From Candidatus Latescibacterota bacterium (lineage in GTDB: Bacteria > Latescibacterota > UBA2968 > UBA8231), in the NCBI GenBank assembly GCA_965197905.1, contig CBDAOB010000005.1, positions 2,208,001 through 2,272,000 of the forward strand: a stretch of 64,000 nucleotides of DNA, in the 5' to 3' direction. Of the stretch, positions 29,907 to 40,253 are shown one piece after another. The notes under the pieces were generated by a model. That model had not been told where the DNA came from and made no database searches. It was given only the letters and a program-made list of their open reading frames with translations. Position numbers and translations under genes: made by a program. Numbering within the stretch: the stretch's first letter is position 1; each line of letters starts with the position of its first letter.

Positions 29907-30818
29907 TTATTTGGCGAGGGATCCTACTATTGTACTGATATCTGACAGATTCTGCTCGGAACAATACGATTCGAGACCCGCGACGAGCTCCTGCGCGGCG
30001 TTCGGCTTGACGAAAGTCGCCGTGCCAACCTGAACCGCGGATGCCCCTGCGATCATGAACTCGAGCGCGTCATTGGCGTCCATGATTCCACCAATTCCCA
30101 TCAACGGGAGTTTTACGGCCTGTCGCACCTTCCAAAGCATGGCCAGCGCGACGGGTTTGATCGCCGGACCGGACAATCCGCCGGTCGTATTTCGTAAGAC
30201 CGGCCGGCGGCTGCGAACATCTATGGCCATGCCGACCAGCGTGTTGATCAGAGATATGCCATCGGCACCGGCATCTTCCACCGCCCGAGCTATCTCCGCA
30301 ATGTCGGTCACGTTAGGAGTCAGCTTGGCGATCACCGGTCGGGCCGATGCGCGCCGCACCGCACTGATAACCTCAGCTGCGGCCGTGGGATTACAACCGA
30401 ACAGCATGCCGCCGTCCTTCATGTTGGGAGAAGAGATGTTGACCTCGAGGGCGGCAATCCGCTCCAAAGGCGCGAGGCGCTCAGCCATGCGCGCATGCTC
30501 GGCTGCCGTAGGAGCGGCAATGTTGACGACGATAGCGGTGTCCAGCGTTTCGAGAAAGCGCCACCGATCGGTAACGAACCCCTCCAATCCCGGGTTCTGC
30601 AGCCCGATGGAGTTCAACATTCCCGCCGGCGTTTCCACGATCCTGGGAGGCGAGTTCCCCGAGCGAGGTTCGGGCGTGATGGTCTTGGTGATCAATCCCC
30701 CGAGGCGGGAGAGATCGGTCAACTCCGAAAGCTCGTCTCCGTAACCACAGGTTCCCGATGCAAGCAGCACCGGGTTGCGCAACCCAATGCCGGCAAAATC
30801 GACAGCCAGCTCGGTCAT
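29907..30818 (-). CDS. pyrD: Dihydroorotate dehydrogenase family 1, catalytic subunit
   Basis: ASGTCG, MLNSIGLQNPG, EVNISSPN (Ser where family 1B usually has Cys), KLTPN, LINT, GGLSGPAIKP. Confidence 0.95.
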   Translation of the reverse strand: MTELAVDFAGIGLRNPVLLASGTCGYGDELSELTDLSRLGGLITKTITPEPRSGNSPPRIVETPAGMLNSIGLQNPGLEGFVTDRWRFLETLDTAIVVNIAAPTAAEHARMAERLAPLERIAALEVNISSPNMKDGGMLFGCNPTAAAEVISAVRRASARPVIAKLTPNVTDIAEIARAVEDAGADGISLINTLVGMAIDVRSRRPVLRNTTGGLSGPAIKPVALAMLWKVRQAVKLPLMGIGGIMDANDALEFMIAGASAVQVGTATFVKPNAAQELVAGLESYCSEQNLSDISTIVGSLAK

Positions 30819-31621
30819 TGAGCGTCCCAGTCAACGCGTCGGGAATCAAAAACGGGGCCGTCGACGCAGATCCTGCTGTACTTGGCGTAGTCGGATGCCC
30901 CGGCTCCGGAAACTGGCTTGACTTCGACCACACAGCCCACGCAGACCCCGAATCCGCACGCCATATATTCCTCCAGCGAGGCTTCGCAATGCACATCGAA
31001 TTCCTGGCATACAGCCGCTACCCGGGCCATCATCCCGTGCGGTCCGCACGTGAATACCGTGCAGTCCTTCGAAGATTCAAGTTCACGGACCAAGAGGTCG
31101 GTCACCATGCCTGCGTATCCCGCAGAACCATCATCCGTAGCCACGATAACCTGGTCAGCGGCCCGGCCCAGCAGGTCGGAGGGAAGCAGCTTTCGCACGG
31201 TGCGTGCCCCGGCCAGGAGGCGAACGCGGCCGCCACGGCTACGAACCTGATTGCCCAAGTAGAGCAAAGGCGGAACTCCGATACCACCGCCCACCAGAAG
31301 AAAACTCCCCTCGCCCTGAGGGTCGAACCCCCGACCGAGAGGACCCAGGCAACTCAGGATATCGCCGCGGCGGGCACGGGCAAGCGCCTGGCTCTTGGGA
31401 CCCATTGCCTCGTATAGAATCTCGACGACCCCCGCAGAAGGATCCACCCCACCGATGCTCAATGGAATCCTGAGAAATGGAGAGAGCTCCTCGGTGACCT
31501 GAATCTGGAGGAACTGGCCCGGAAAGGATCTCTCGGCGACCGCGGCGTTAATCAACCGAGCCAGATAAAAGTCCTCTGCCACCTCCTCGTTGGAAAGCAG
31601 CTCCGAAAGCAGATCCTGCAT
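30815..31621 (-). CDS. pyrK: Dihydroorotate dehydrogenase electron transfer subunit
   Basis: PGQF, GPLGRGF, GGGIGVPP, CGPHGM, EEYMACGFGVCVGC, CVDGPVF. Confidence 0.95.
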   Translation of the reverse strand: MQDLLSELLSNEEVAEDFYLARLINAAVAERSFPGQFLQIQVTEELSPFLRIPLSIGGVDPSAGVVEILYEAMGPKSQALARARRGDILSCLGPLGRGFDPQGEGSFLLVGGGIGVPPLLYLGNQVRSRGGRVRLLAGARTVRKLLPSDLLGRAADQVIVATDDGSAGYAGMVTDLLVRELESSKDCTVFTCGPHGMMARVAAVCQEFDVHCEASLEEYMACGFGVCVGCVVEVKPVSGAGASDYAKYSRICVDGPVFDSRRVDWDAQ

Positions 31622-34536
31622 TACTCGGTCGTCTCCCCGGCATCGATTTCAGTGGGATTGCCGAAACCGATAGACAAGCTGTCTGGCACATCAGCTGTCG
31701 CGTTCATCGCGGAATCCCCGCTGTCTTCTGCCGCCCCGGGTTCCGTTTCGGTAGTTGCGACAAATTCTTCCGGTGGATAGACCGGCAGCGTCAGCTCAAC
31801 CCATGCACGCACCTCGAACTCATCACGGTCGAGTTGTTTGTCTACCCCTTCCGCGGGATAGAACAGGTAATCCCAGGCAGAATTCACCGCCGCGGAGGCG
31901 TAAGGCTCACGTCCATCGAACAGTTCCACTGCTTCTGGTTTGCCATCCCGCCCGACGAGGATGTCCAGAAGCACCTCCACCGAATCTCCGTTCGCCTGCG
32001 TCGGATAGGTCGGCAGCGCCAGCTTGCGGACAAGTGGTTGCTCCCGCAGCCGGAGTTCCCCCGGGGACATGATCAGCTCCTCCACCGGTCGCTCCAGCTC
32101 CAGCTCTCCCAAGGTTCCGAGATCCAGCTCTTCCGGGTTCGGAACCGCCAGGTCGGGGAACTGCTCGATCAGAAACCGGATCTGCTCGTTTCCTCGGTCC
32201 CCTTTGATGACCTTCTGCAGATAGAAATTCGACGAGTCCTCGCGGCCTTCCTCTATGAACGCGAAGAGCATGCGATAGTGAGCTTTGAGGAATCCCTGGT
32301 TTTGTCTGAGCGCTTTGCGGTAGTACTCCTGTGCATCTTGATAATAGTCCTGGTCCCATTGAATGTTACCCAGTTGATACAACGCCTCCGGATTCTTACC
32401 CCGTTCCTCCAAGCTCTGCTCGTAGTACTCCTGAGCGCCTTCGAGATCACCACGCCGATGGGCCCGCAGTGCAAAGCCGAAGTACTTTCTTCCCAGTGCC
32501 ACCGAATCGACAGAATCCGGTTCCACGGCAAGGGTCTCTATCTTCTCCCCGGGACGCAGTTGCCCCCCTAGGGACTTGAGACCGCGCTCGAGCTTGGCGA
32601 CCAACCCCGCCTGCGCCGATTCCGCTCGGTCGCGGACGATCGCGGCGAACGGGCTCTCCGGATATCGCTCCTCGAGTCGTGCGTAGCGGCGGGCAGCTTC
32701 CAGGGAATCGCCGATTACATCCTCGATAGCTCTGGCCGCAATGAAGGAAGCTCTCGCTGCCGTTGGGGTGTCTGCGAAGCGCCCGACCAGGCTGTCCAAC
32801 AGCGGCACGAAAACCTCCGCTTTGGTGGCGTCCTGGAACATGATCGCCTCAATCCGGCGAAACTCGGTGGCGGCCACCTCGTCAGCGGTCTGCCGTTGTG
32901 CCAGACCCAAAAACACCCGCGCGGCGTTGGCATGCTCGGAGCTGGGATATTCGTCTACCAATACCTGGAAGACCGGCCCGGCATCGTCGGCCGCCTTCTT
33001 CAGCTCCAGGTGTATCCACCCCATGTTGTAGAGGATTAGAGGCATCTGCGCCGAATCGGGAAAACGTTCTCGAACCTGTCCATAATAGAACAAGGCTGAG
33101 TCGGCCTGAGCCAGTTGGTCCCGGTAAAGCTCCGCCAGGGAGAACAGATCCTCGAACACCTCGATGGTTCGATCTCCTCGCTCGATGGACGGTTCCTCGA
33201 AAAACCAGGCAGCAAGGGTTTCTGCGCTTGCGGCGGTCCCTGTCGTGGCACCATTCTGCCCATCCATGGCCGCGGCCGGAGTCACACTGGAGGAATCTGA
33301 GGACGACGAATCCACTAATGCAGTGCCAACCGTCGAATCGGCCGTAGCGGCAACCGACTCAACCCCCGTTCGGGCGGCCACGAGTGAATCTCGTTGAACG
33401 CCGCCGAGCGAGTCGGCGATGAAGATCCGCCGCGTCAGCCGATCCAGCTCTCCGAGGTCCTGCAGCGTGCGCTGAGCCTGGACCGCCGCCTCCGAATCGC
33501 GCTTCTCTGCGCCCACCTCCCGCAGATATTCGCGGGCCCTTTCCACATCTCCATGGTCCTGAAGGTATAACAGCGAGGTATGGTAAAGCGCCATCGCCGA
33601 AGGGGCGCTCTTTGGAAAATCGTCGCGCACCTGCTCGAATTCGTCGAGCGCACGTTCCAACTCGTTCCTGTCCCGGTAGTACTGTCCGATCTGCAGTCGA
33701 GTTTGGCCTTCGAAAACACGGAAACTACCATCCTTGAGGAGCAGCTCGTAAACCTGAAGCGCGGCCTCGCCATTCCCCATCGCATCAAGCACCTTCCCCT
33801 TGTTGAGGCGGCCTTCGTACTCGGTCTGCTTGGAAGGATTCCCCGGCAACACGTTCTCGAAAGCCTGCTGCGCTTCGGCATAGCGGCTGGAGTCCTCCAG
33901 GGCCATGAGGGATTCGCCGTATCTCAACCACAAGTCGGGAAGCAGGTCGGACCTGGGGAATGCTTCGATCGTGGCGTTGAATTCCTGTGAGGCGGCAACG
34001 AAATCTTCCGCTTCGAACGCCATCTCCCCGAGCCGATACCCGGATTTGTATCCTACGGCGCCACGTCCATCGCTGAATAGCTCCCGGTATAGTAGTTGGG
34101 CGTCCGAATACTGGCGCTGTGCTTCGAACGACAACGCCCGCCAATAGCGGGCCTCAAGAAATAGTTCGCTGTCGGGAAAATTCGCTTCCAGATCGGCGAA
34201 ACTGCGTACGGCCGTTATGTAGTCCCTACGCCAATAGAAGGCGCGACCCATTAGGAACATGGCGTCGTCGACCAGATCGCTTTCCTTGTGTTCGTCCAAC
34301 ACCTTGGAGGCGCGCCGCGCCGCAGTCTCGTAGAGGTTGTCGGTTTTGTGGACCGGTTTTCTAGGTGAACGGCGAGGGTCCTCGCCGCGATCGAGCATCT
34401 TCTGCTCGTCGACCGAGCGCGACTTCTCAGCCTGTCGGAAATACTTCTGTGCGTTGTAGTAGGTATTGAAATAAACGCAGGAGGTGGATATGAGACCTGC
34501 AGCGAGCAGAAGGAGTTTGGTTCTTCCCATACCCAT
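31621..34536 (-). CDS. Large TPR lipoprotein with a possible C-terminal TonB_C-like domain
   Basis: Signal peptide ending ISTSC, YFNTYYNA, many helical TPR units ending in xPxS, S/T/A-rich linker; C-terminal PTYP...VLLDILVGRDGK...AAVNSAWDYLFYPA. Confidence 0.75.
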   Translation of the reverse strand: MGMGRTKLLLLAAGLISTSCVYFNTYYNAQKYFRQAEKSRSVDEQKMLDRGEDPRRSPRKPVHKTDNLYETAARRASKVLDEHKESDLVDDAMFLMGRAFYWRRDYITAVRSFADLEANFPDSELFLEARYWRALSFEAQRQYSDAQLLYRELFSDGRGAVGYKSGYRLGEMAFEAEDFVAASQEFNATIEAFPRSDLLPDLWLRYGESLMALEDSSRYAEAQQAFENVLPGNPSKQTEYEGRLNKGKVLDAMGNGEAALQVYELLLKDGSFRVFEGQTRLQIGQYYRDRNELERALDEFEQVRDDFPKSAPSAMALYHTSLLYLQDHGDVERAREYLREVGAEKRDSEAAVQAQRTLQDLGELDRLTRRIFIADSLGGVQRDSLVAARTGVESVAATADSTVGTALVDSSSSDSSSVTPAAAMDGQNGATTGTAASAETLAAWFFEEPSIERGDRTIEVFEDLFSLAELYRDQLAQADSALFYYGQVRERFPDSAQMPLILYNMGWIHLELKKAADDAGPVFQVLVDEYPSSEHANAARVFLGLAQRQTADEVAATEFRRIEAIMFQDATKAEVFVPLLDSLVGRFADTPTAARASFIAARAIEDVIGDSLEAARRYARLEERYPESPFAAIVRDRAESAQAGLVAKLERGLKSLGGQLRPGEKIETLAVEPDSVDSVALGRKYFGFALRAHRRGDLEGAQEYYEQSLEERGKNPEALYQLGNIQWDQDYYQDAQEYYRKALRQNQGFLKAHYRMLFAFIEEGREDSSNFYLQKVIKGDRGNEQIRFLIEQFPDLAVPNPEELDLGTLGELELERPVEELIMSPGELRLREQPLVRKLALPTYPTQANGDSVEVLLDILVGRDGKPEAVELFDGREPYASAAVNSAWDYLFYPAEGVDKQLDRDEFEVRAWVELTLPVYPPEEFVATTETEPGAAEDSGDSAMNATADVPDSLSIGFGNPTEIDAGETTE

Positions 34537-34545
34537 CGTGGCGAT

Positions 34546-37500
34546 CTATCCGCCGATGTAGTCCTGTAGGGCGCAAACGGAAAGATCCTCTTGTCGAAGT
34601 GCAGCCATCCCGGCAGCTGCCGCTCGCGCCCCGGCCATCGTCGTGGTGTAGGGCACGTTGTGCAGAATGGCCGCCCGGCGAACCACATGATCGTCGTACT
34701 GAGACGGCGCATCCTGCGGTGTGTTGATTACCATATCGATCTGATTGCTCCTGATGGCATCCTCCACATGGGGCCGCCCTTCGTGGACCTTGCGAATTTT
34801 TTCTGCTTGAATTCCGTGTCGAAGGAGAAACTCCATGGTTCCCTGCGTGGCGATTAGCTTGTAGCCGAATCCGTCGAGCTCTCTCGCGATCGAGACGGCA
34901 GCCTCCTTGTCGCGATCGCCGACGCTGATAAAAACGCAGCCTTGGGCGGGCAACATCGAACCTGCTCCCATCTGCGCCTTCAGGAACGCCGCGCCGAACC
35001 CGCTGCCGATGCCCATCACTTCGCCCGTGGATTTCATCTCTGGACCCAATAGACTGTCCGCCCCCGGGAATTTGATGAATGGCAGCACCGCCTCTTTCAC
35101 CGAGATGTGTTCTGGAACGACCTCGTCGACGACCGCTTGCTGCTTCAAGGTCTTTCCGGTCATCGCCCGCGCGGCAATCTTGGCCAAGGGTCGACCGGTA
35201 GCCTTGCTTACGAACGGCACCGTTCGCGATGCCCGTGGATTGACCTCGAGCACGTACACCATCTCCTCGTGAATTGCATACTGGACATTCATGAGGCCCA
35301 CGACGTTCAGCGCGCGCGCCAGCGCATGGGTATTCTCCCTGACCGACTCGAGGTTACTCGGGGAAATATCGAATGGCGGGAGCACGCAGGCGCTGTCGCC
35401 GGAGTGGACACCGGCATGCTCGATATGCTGCATGATACCACCGATCACTACATCGGTGCCGTCGGCGACCGCGTCTACGTCGAATTCTTGGGCTCCCTCG
35501 AGGTAACGATCGATGAGCACCGGGCGCTGAGGTGACACGTCGATTGCCTCCGCCATGTAGCTTTCCAAGCTTCCGGGATCGTAGACGATCACCATTGCGC
35601 GTCCGCCGAGAACATACGACGGTCGCACCAGGACGGGATAGCCGATCTTCTCCGCTACTCCTCTCGCCTGCTCCAAACTGCTGGCAAGACCGTGTTCCGG
35701 CTGGCGAATGTGGAGTTGGCGCAGCAGATTGCCGAACCGCTCCCGGTCTTCAGCCAAGTCGATGCTGGCGGGTGTCGTGCCGATGATGGGAACGCCCGCC
35801 TCCTCCAGTTCCGCCGCCAGATTCAACGGCGTCTGACCGCCGAACTGCACGATCACTCCATCGGGCTGCTCGAGATCCACGATGTTCAATACGTCCTCCA
35901 CCGTCAGCGGCTCGAAGTAGAGTTTGTCGGCGGTGTCGTAGTCGGTGCTGACCGTTTCCGGATTACTATTGACCATGATCGTTTCGAAACCGTCTTCGCG
36001 GAGGGCGAAACAGGCATGAACACAGCAGTAATCGAACTCGATCCCTTGTCCGATTCGGTTTGGCCCGCCGCCAAGAATGACGATCTTTTTTTGGTCCGTG
36101 CGGAACGCCTCCTCCTCACGCTCATAGGTGGAGTAGTGGTACGGCGTGTGAGCTTCGAATTCGGCGGCGCAGGTGTCCACGGTCTTAAAGATCGGCCGGA
36201 TCTGGTTCTCAATTCGCCGGTTCCGCACCACCGCTTCGTCGGTATCCCGCAGAAACGCCAATTGCTTATCCCCGTACCCGTACTCCTTGGCTTGCCGCAA
36301 CAGCTTGGGGTCCTCCAACGGATCTTCTTGGCGCAATCTTTGTTCCAGAGCGAGCAACTGTTGAAGATTGTCTAGAAACCATGGATCGATGCCGGTCAAT
36401 TGGTAGAGCTCGTCAATCGAGGATCCGTTCTCCAGCGCCAGCTTGAGGTAGAAGAGCCGCTGCGAGTTAGGTGTGGTCAGCCGCTCCTGGAGCTCGCTCT
36501 TCGGCACCCTCTCGGGTCGCAGATCCTTGCCGTCGCCACCCCATCCGGCTCTGCCGATCTCCAGCGAACGCAATCCCTTCTGCAGCGATTCCTTGAAGGT
36601 TCGGCCGATGGCCATGGTCTCTCCAACAGAACGCATCTGCGTGTCTAGCGAATCGACCGAGTCGGGAAATTTCTCGAAAGCCCAGCGCGGAATCTTGGTC
36701 ACGACGTAGTCGATGGTCGGTTCGAAGGAGGCGGGAGTCTCGCGTGTTATATCGTTTGGAATCTCATCCAGGGTGTAACCAACCGCCAGCTTGGCGGCGA
36801 TCTTGGCGATCGGAAACCCGGTGGCTTTCGAGGCCAACGCTGAGCTTCGAGATACTCGGGGATTCATCTCGATGACCACCAGCCGACCGTCTTCGGGGTT
36901 CAGCGCGAACTGGATGTTCGATCCACCGGTGTCAACGCCGATGGTGCGGATGACGCGAATCGCCGCGTCTCGCAACCGTTGATACTCTTTGTCCGTCAAG
37001 GTTTGAGCCGGGGCAACGGTTATGCTGTCGCCCGTATGCACCCCCATTGGATCGAAGTTTTCGATGGAGCAAATGATGACCACATTGTCGCTGTGATCGC
37101 GCATGACCTCGAGCTCGTACTCTTTCCAGCCGAGCACCGACTGCTCTACGAGCACTTCGGTAATGGGACTCAGCTCGAGTCCATGACTGACGATGCGCTC
37201 GAATTCCTCGGCATTGTACGCCACTCCCCCACCACTGCCCCCCATGGTAAATGACGGCCGCACGATGGTCGGGTAGCCGATATCGCGTTGATGCGAATAC
37301 GCCTCGTCCATCGTATGCGCGAAGTACCCCCGGGGCATCTCCAGGCCAGCGCGGTCCATCGCTTTCTTAAAGAACTCGCGATCTTCCGCCATCTTGATGG
37401 CGTCCAGCTTTGCCCCGATCAGCTCGACTCCGTAGCGCTCAAGCACGCCCGCTTCAGCCAGAGAGACCGCCGTATTCAAAGCCGTCTGCCCCCCCAATGT

Positions 37501-37764
37501 GGGCAGCAGCGCTTGGGGGCGCTCGAGGTCAATGATCTTTTCGCAGATCTCGGGTGTAATCGGTTCCACGTAGGTGCGCTGGGCGAAGTCGGGATCGGTC
37601 ATGATCGTGGCTGGATTGCTATTCACCAGCACAATCTCGTACCCCTCTTCGTTCAGGGCTTTGCACGCTTGAGTGCCCGAGTAGTCGAACTCGCAGGCCT
37701 GCCCGATCACGATTGGTCCGGAGCCGATCAGCATGATCCGCTCTATATCCTCGCGCCTTGGCAT
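34546..37764 (-). CDS. carB: Carbamoyl-phosphate synthase large subunit
   Basis: [30 protein letters not shown]; duplicated ATP-grasp halves; MGS domain at the end. Confidence 0.98.
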   Translation of the reverse strand: MPRREDIERIMLIGSGPIVIGQACEFDYSGTQACKALNEEGYEIVLVNSNPATIMTDPDFAQRTYVEPITPEICEKIIDLERPQALLPTLGGQTALNTAVSLAEAGVLERYGVELIGAKLDAIKMAEDREFFKKAMDRAGLEMPRGYFAHTMDEAYSHQRDIGYPTIVRPSFTMGGSGGGVAYNAEEFERIVSHGLELSPITEVLVEQSVLGWKEYELEVMRDHSDNVVIICSIENFDPMGVHTGDSITVAPAQTLTDKEYQRLRDAAIRVIRTIGVDTGGSNIQFALNPEDGRLVVIEMNPRVSRSSALASKATGFPIAKIAAKLAVGYTLDEIPNDITRETPASFEPTIDYVVTKIPRWAFEKFPDSVDSLDTQMRSVGETMAIGRTFKESLQKGLRSLEIGRAGWGGDGKDLRPERVPKSELQERLTTPNSQRLFYLKLALENGSSIDELYQLTGIDPWFLDNLQQLLALEQRLRQEDPLEDPKLLRQAKEYGYGDKQLAFLRDTDEAVVRNRRIENQIRPIFKTVDTCAAEFEAHTPYHYSTYEREEEAFRTDQKKIVILGGGPNRIGQGIEFDYCCVHACFALREDGFETIMVNSNPETVSTDYDTADKLYFEPLTVEDVLNIVDLEQPDGVIVQFGGQTPLNLAAELEEAGVPIIGTTPASIDLAEDRERFGNLLRQLHIRQPEHGLASSLEQARGVAEKIGYPVLVRPSYVLGGRAMVIVYDPGSLESYMAEAIDVSPQRPVLIDRYLEGAQEFDVDAVADGTDVVIGGIMQHIEHAGVHSGDSACVLPPFDISPSNLESVRENTHALARALNVVGLMNVQYAIHEEMVYVLEVNPRASRTVPFVSKATGRPLAKIAARAMTGKTLKQQAVVDEVVPEHISVKEAVLPFIKFPGADSLLGPEMKSTGEVMGIGSGFGAAFLKAQMGAGSMLPAQGCVFISVGDRDKEAAVSIARELDGFGYKLIATQGTMEFLLRHGIQAEKIRKVHEGRPHVEDAIRSNQIDMVINTPQDAPSQYDDHVVRRAAILHNVPYTTTMAGARAAAAGMAALRQEDLSVCALQDYIGG

Positions 37765-37786
37765 AGCTTCCCTTACCCCGAAAACG

Positions 37787-37816
37787 AAAAAACGAGATGC
37801 GCTTTCGCGCATCTCG
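37787..37816 (-). terminator. Intrinsic terminator immediately upstream of carB (probable attenuator)
   Basis: CGAGATGCGC-GAAA-GCGCATCTCG-TTTTTTCGTTTT, a perfect 10-bp stem. Confidence 0.85.
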
Positions 37817-37918
37817 AGGTGATCAGAGTAGACAGTTGGAACAAATGATAGTGCAACTAAGGGGTCTGGAGATGAAGATGAGAAGGTAGGTGGATTCTAC
37901 ACAACCTGTACATCGATG

Positions 37919-38443
37919 CTACGATTTCTGAATAAAGCTCAGGTAGATCAACAGAACGATAGCTGCTATCGTCGTCGCGTATCCGAATTTTAGCAGGAGG
38001 AATTTTGTCCGTTCCCAGTTTCCCTCGCGCTTGATCTTGATTCTGCGCGGCGCTACTTCCTTATAATCGCCCTGGAACCGCTCTTCGTCGATGAGCCGGA
38101 CCAGTTTGGGATCATACTCCGCAATCGTCTTCAAGATGAGTCGTTTGCGATGCGCCACGCGCTCGGCGAACTGCTCGCCGGGCTCCGGTGAAGCCTCCCC
38201 TTCAGGAGGGGTTACCCTTGATTCGTTTCCCGTCGATCGCTCCGAGATTAACGTGAAGGTCTTCTCGCGAGCGAGGCTTTCGGCAAGTCCGTTCACCGCT
38301 TTTCGATCGCTGACATTCGATTCGATGACCCCGTAACAGGTGTCGATGAAACTCTTGAAATCGTTGCGAATCTCCTCCTCCGACAAACCCAGCAGGTAGG
38401 ATTCTTCGATAATCGCCTCGATAGCTTCTTTGACGTCGCTCAT
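37919..38443 (-). CDS. Hypothetical protein with a C-terminal TM helix
   Basis: 174-aa ORF, protein-like composition, hydrophobic C-terminus, own promoter. Confidence 0.7.
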   Translation of the reverse strand: MSDVKEAIEAIIEESYLLGLSEEEIRNDFKSFIDTCYGVIESNVSDRKAVNGLAESLAREKTFTLISERSTGNESRVTPPEGEASPEPGEQFAERVAHRKRLILKTIAEYDPKLVRLIDEERFQGDYKEVAPRRIKIKREGNWERTKFLLLKFGYATTIAAIVLLIYLSFIQKS

Positions 38444-38535
38444 CTGTCGTTGCCCATCAATATCGAGAGTTTCTAGGAGTTGAACGTACCACTCGCGGTT
38501 AGAGCCGCCCGGTGATTCTGCCTTGAGCCGCTAAT

Positions 38536-38564
38536 ACTGTAAGAGATACACATATCTGTGTCAA
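38536..38564 (-). promoter_or_regulatory. sigma70-type promoter with a dyad in the spacer
   Basis: TTGACA-17 nt-TACAGT; spacer contains AGATA-N4-TATCT. Confidence 0.55.
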
Positions 38565-38660
38565 GAGAGGTCCAGCGCAACAACTTACGCATTTCGGGCG
38601 CCCCGTTCCGAGCGCGAGACAAAGATCGATTCCGCGTTTGGCGATCGCTCTACTTTCAGG

Positions 38661-40250
38661 CTAGCCCTTGTTCGCTGTCCCCTGTCCGTCCCGCACGATG
38701 TCCAGCATGGCCTTCGGGACCGCCGCGGCAATGTCCCCGGCCAAAAGACCCCACTCTCCGAGCTCGTCCCGCGCTATATCGCCGGCCCGGCCGTGGACAT
38801 ACACACCCAACTGGGCCGCCTCGTCACACCCCAACCCCTGGGCGACAAATCCAGCAATAACGCCTGCCAGAACATCTCCGGATCCCGCCGTTGCCATACC
38901 GGGGTTTCCGGTCGGATTCACCACCGCTCGACCGTCCTGGGTCGCGATCACGGTCGGCGCCCCTTTCAGTACCACAACCACCTTATGTTCTACCGCAAAT
39001 CCGCTGGCAGCGGCGACGGGATCGGCCGCGATATCGACCTTGTGGGCCTGAGCCAGCCGGGCAAATTCTCCGAGGTGGGGGGTCAGGATGGTGGGGGCGG
39101 TTCTCCCTCCCAATATATCGACCGACCCGGCGAAAGCATTCAGTCCGTCGGCATCTAGCACCAACGGCAGCTCTGCCATCGCCACGACCCGCCTGATCAG
39201 CTCAACCGTCTCCCGATGCCGTCCAAGACCGGGCCCGAGCGCCAGACAGTCCTTTTTCACCAGCAGGGCGGTCACATCTCCTATCGCTCTAAGCGAGAGA
39301 CAACGGTGCTTGCGGACCTCCGGGAGCGGCCTAGTCATCACTTCCGTAAGCTTGATTTCCATGATGTCGTTGAGGCTGGCTGGAATACCTAGGGTTGCCC
39401 GGCCAGCGCCGGAGAGCAAAACAGACTGGGCCGTCAGAGAGGCGGCCCCCGTCATCCCGACCGATCCGGCCACAACCGCCACCGCACCACAGCTGCCCTT
39501 GTAGGCATCGCCGGGACGCCGTGGAATCAATCGCGACACCGATTCTTCGCAGAGGAGCTCGGTTGTCACCCTTAACGGGTTGATGGCAGAGTCGGGGAAG
39601 CCGATATCAACCAGGCGCAAGACCCCGCACTGATCGCGACCGGGAAAAAACATCTGGCCAACCTTCGGCAGCCCGAAGGTCACGGTGATGGCGGCCCTGA
39701 CGCAGGCTCCGGGAACCTTTCCGGTATCTGCATCCACACCGGACGGCAGGTCAACCGCTACTACCGGGCGGCCGCAAGACCTGATCCGATCGATGACATT
39801 GGCAAGTTCGAGTCGCGGGGCACCTCTGACGCCCGTGCCGAGCAACGCGTCGACGACAAGCTCTGCATCCTGCAAGGCGTCATCGAACAGTTCCAGATCA
39901 CCGGCGGAGGCCAACGGTTCAACCTGGCCGCCGCCAGTCGTGAAGAGATCCAGATGATGTTTGGCAACGCCGCGAATCATGTCGGGATCGGCTGCTAGAA
40001 AGGTTCGCTGGCGCGCACCCTTGGAATGCAGCAGACGGCTTATCACGAATCCGTCCCCGCCGTTGTTCCCCTTCCCACAGACAACCACGATATGCAGATC
40101 GTCCAGGCCGTCCCACTCTTCGCGGATCGCCTCCACCACGCGGGACCCTGCTCGCTCCATCAACTCCGCGCCGCTCGCCACGCCAGCATCGATCGTCCGG
40201 CGATCGATCTCCGCCATCTGTGTGCCGGTGACGAGTTTCAGATTGGACAT
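38661..40250 (-). CDS. nnr: Bifunctional NAD(P)H-hydrate epimerase/dehydratase
   Basis: LMERAG, GKGNNGGDG, VDALLGTG, VDLPSG; AGSVGMTGA, LDADGLN, LTPHLGE, GNPGMATAGSGDVL. Confidence 0.95.
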   Translation of the reverse strand: MSNLKLVTGTQMAEIDRRTIDAGVASGAELMERAGSRVVEAIREEWDGLDDLHIVVVCGKGNNGGDGFVISRLLHSKGARQRTFLAADPDMIRGVAKHHLDLFTTGGGQVEPLASAGDLELFDDALQDAELVVDALLGTGVRGAPRLELANVIDRIRSCGRPVVAVDLPSGVDADTGKVPGACVRAAITVTFGLPKVGQMFFPGRDQCGVLRLVDIGFPDSAINPLRVTTELLCEESVSRLIPRRPGDAYKGSCGAVAVVAGSVGMTGAASLTAQSVLLSGAGRATLGIPASLNDIMEIKLTEVMTRPLPEVRKHRCLSLRAIGDVTALLVKKDCLALGPGLGRHRETVELIRRVVAMAELPLVLDADGLNAFAGSVDILGGRTAPTILTPHLGEFARLAQAHKVDIAADPVAAASGFAVEHKVVVVLKGAPTVIATQDGRAVVNPTGNPGMATAGSGDVLAGVIAGFVAQGLGCDEAAQLGVYVHGRAGDIARDELGEWGLLAGDIAAAVPKAMLDIVRDGQGTANKG

Positions 40251-40253
40251 GGC

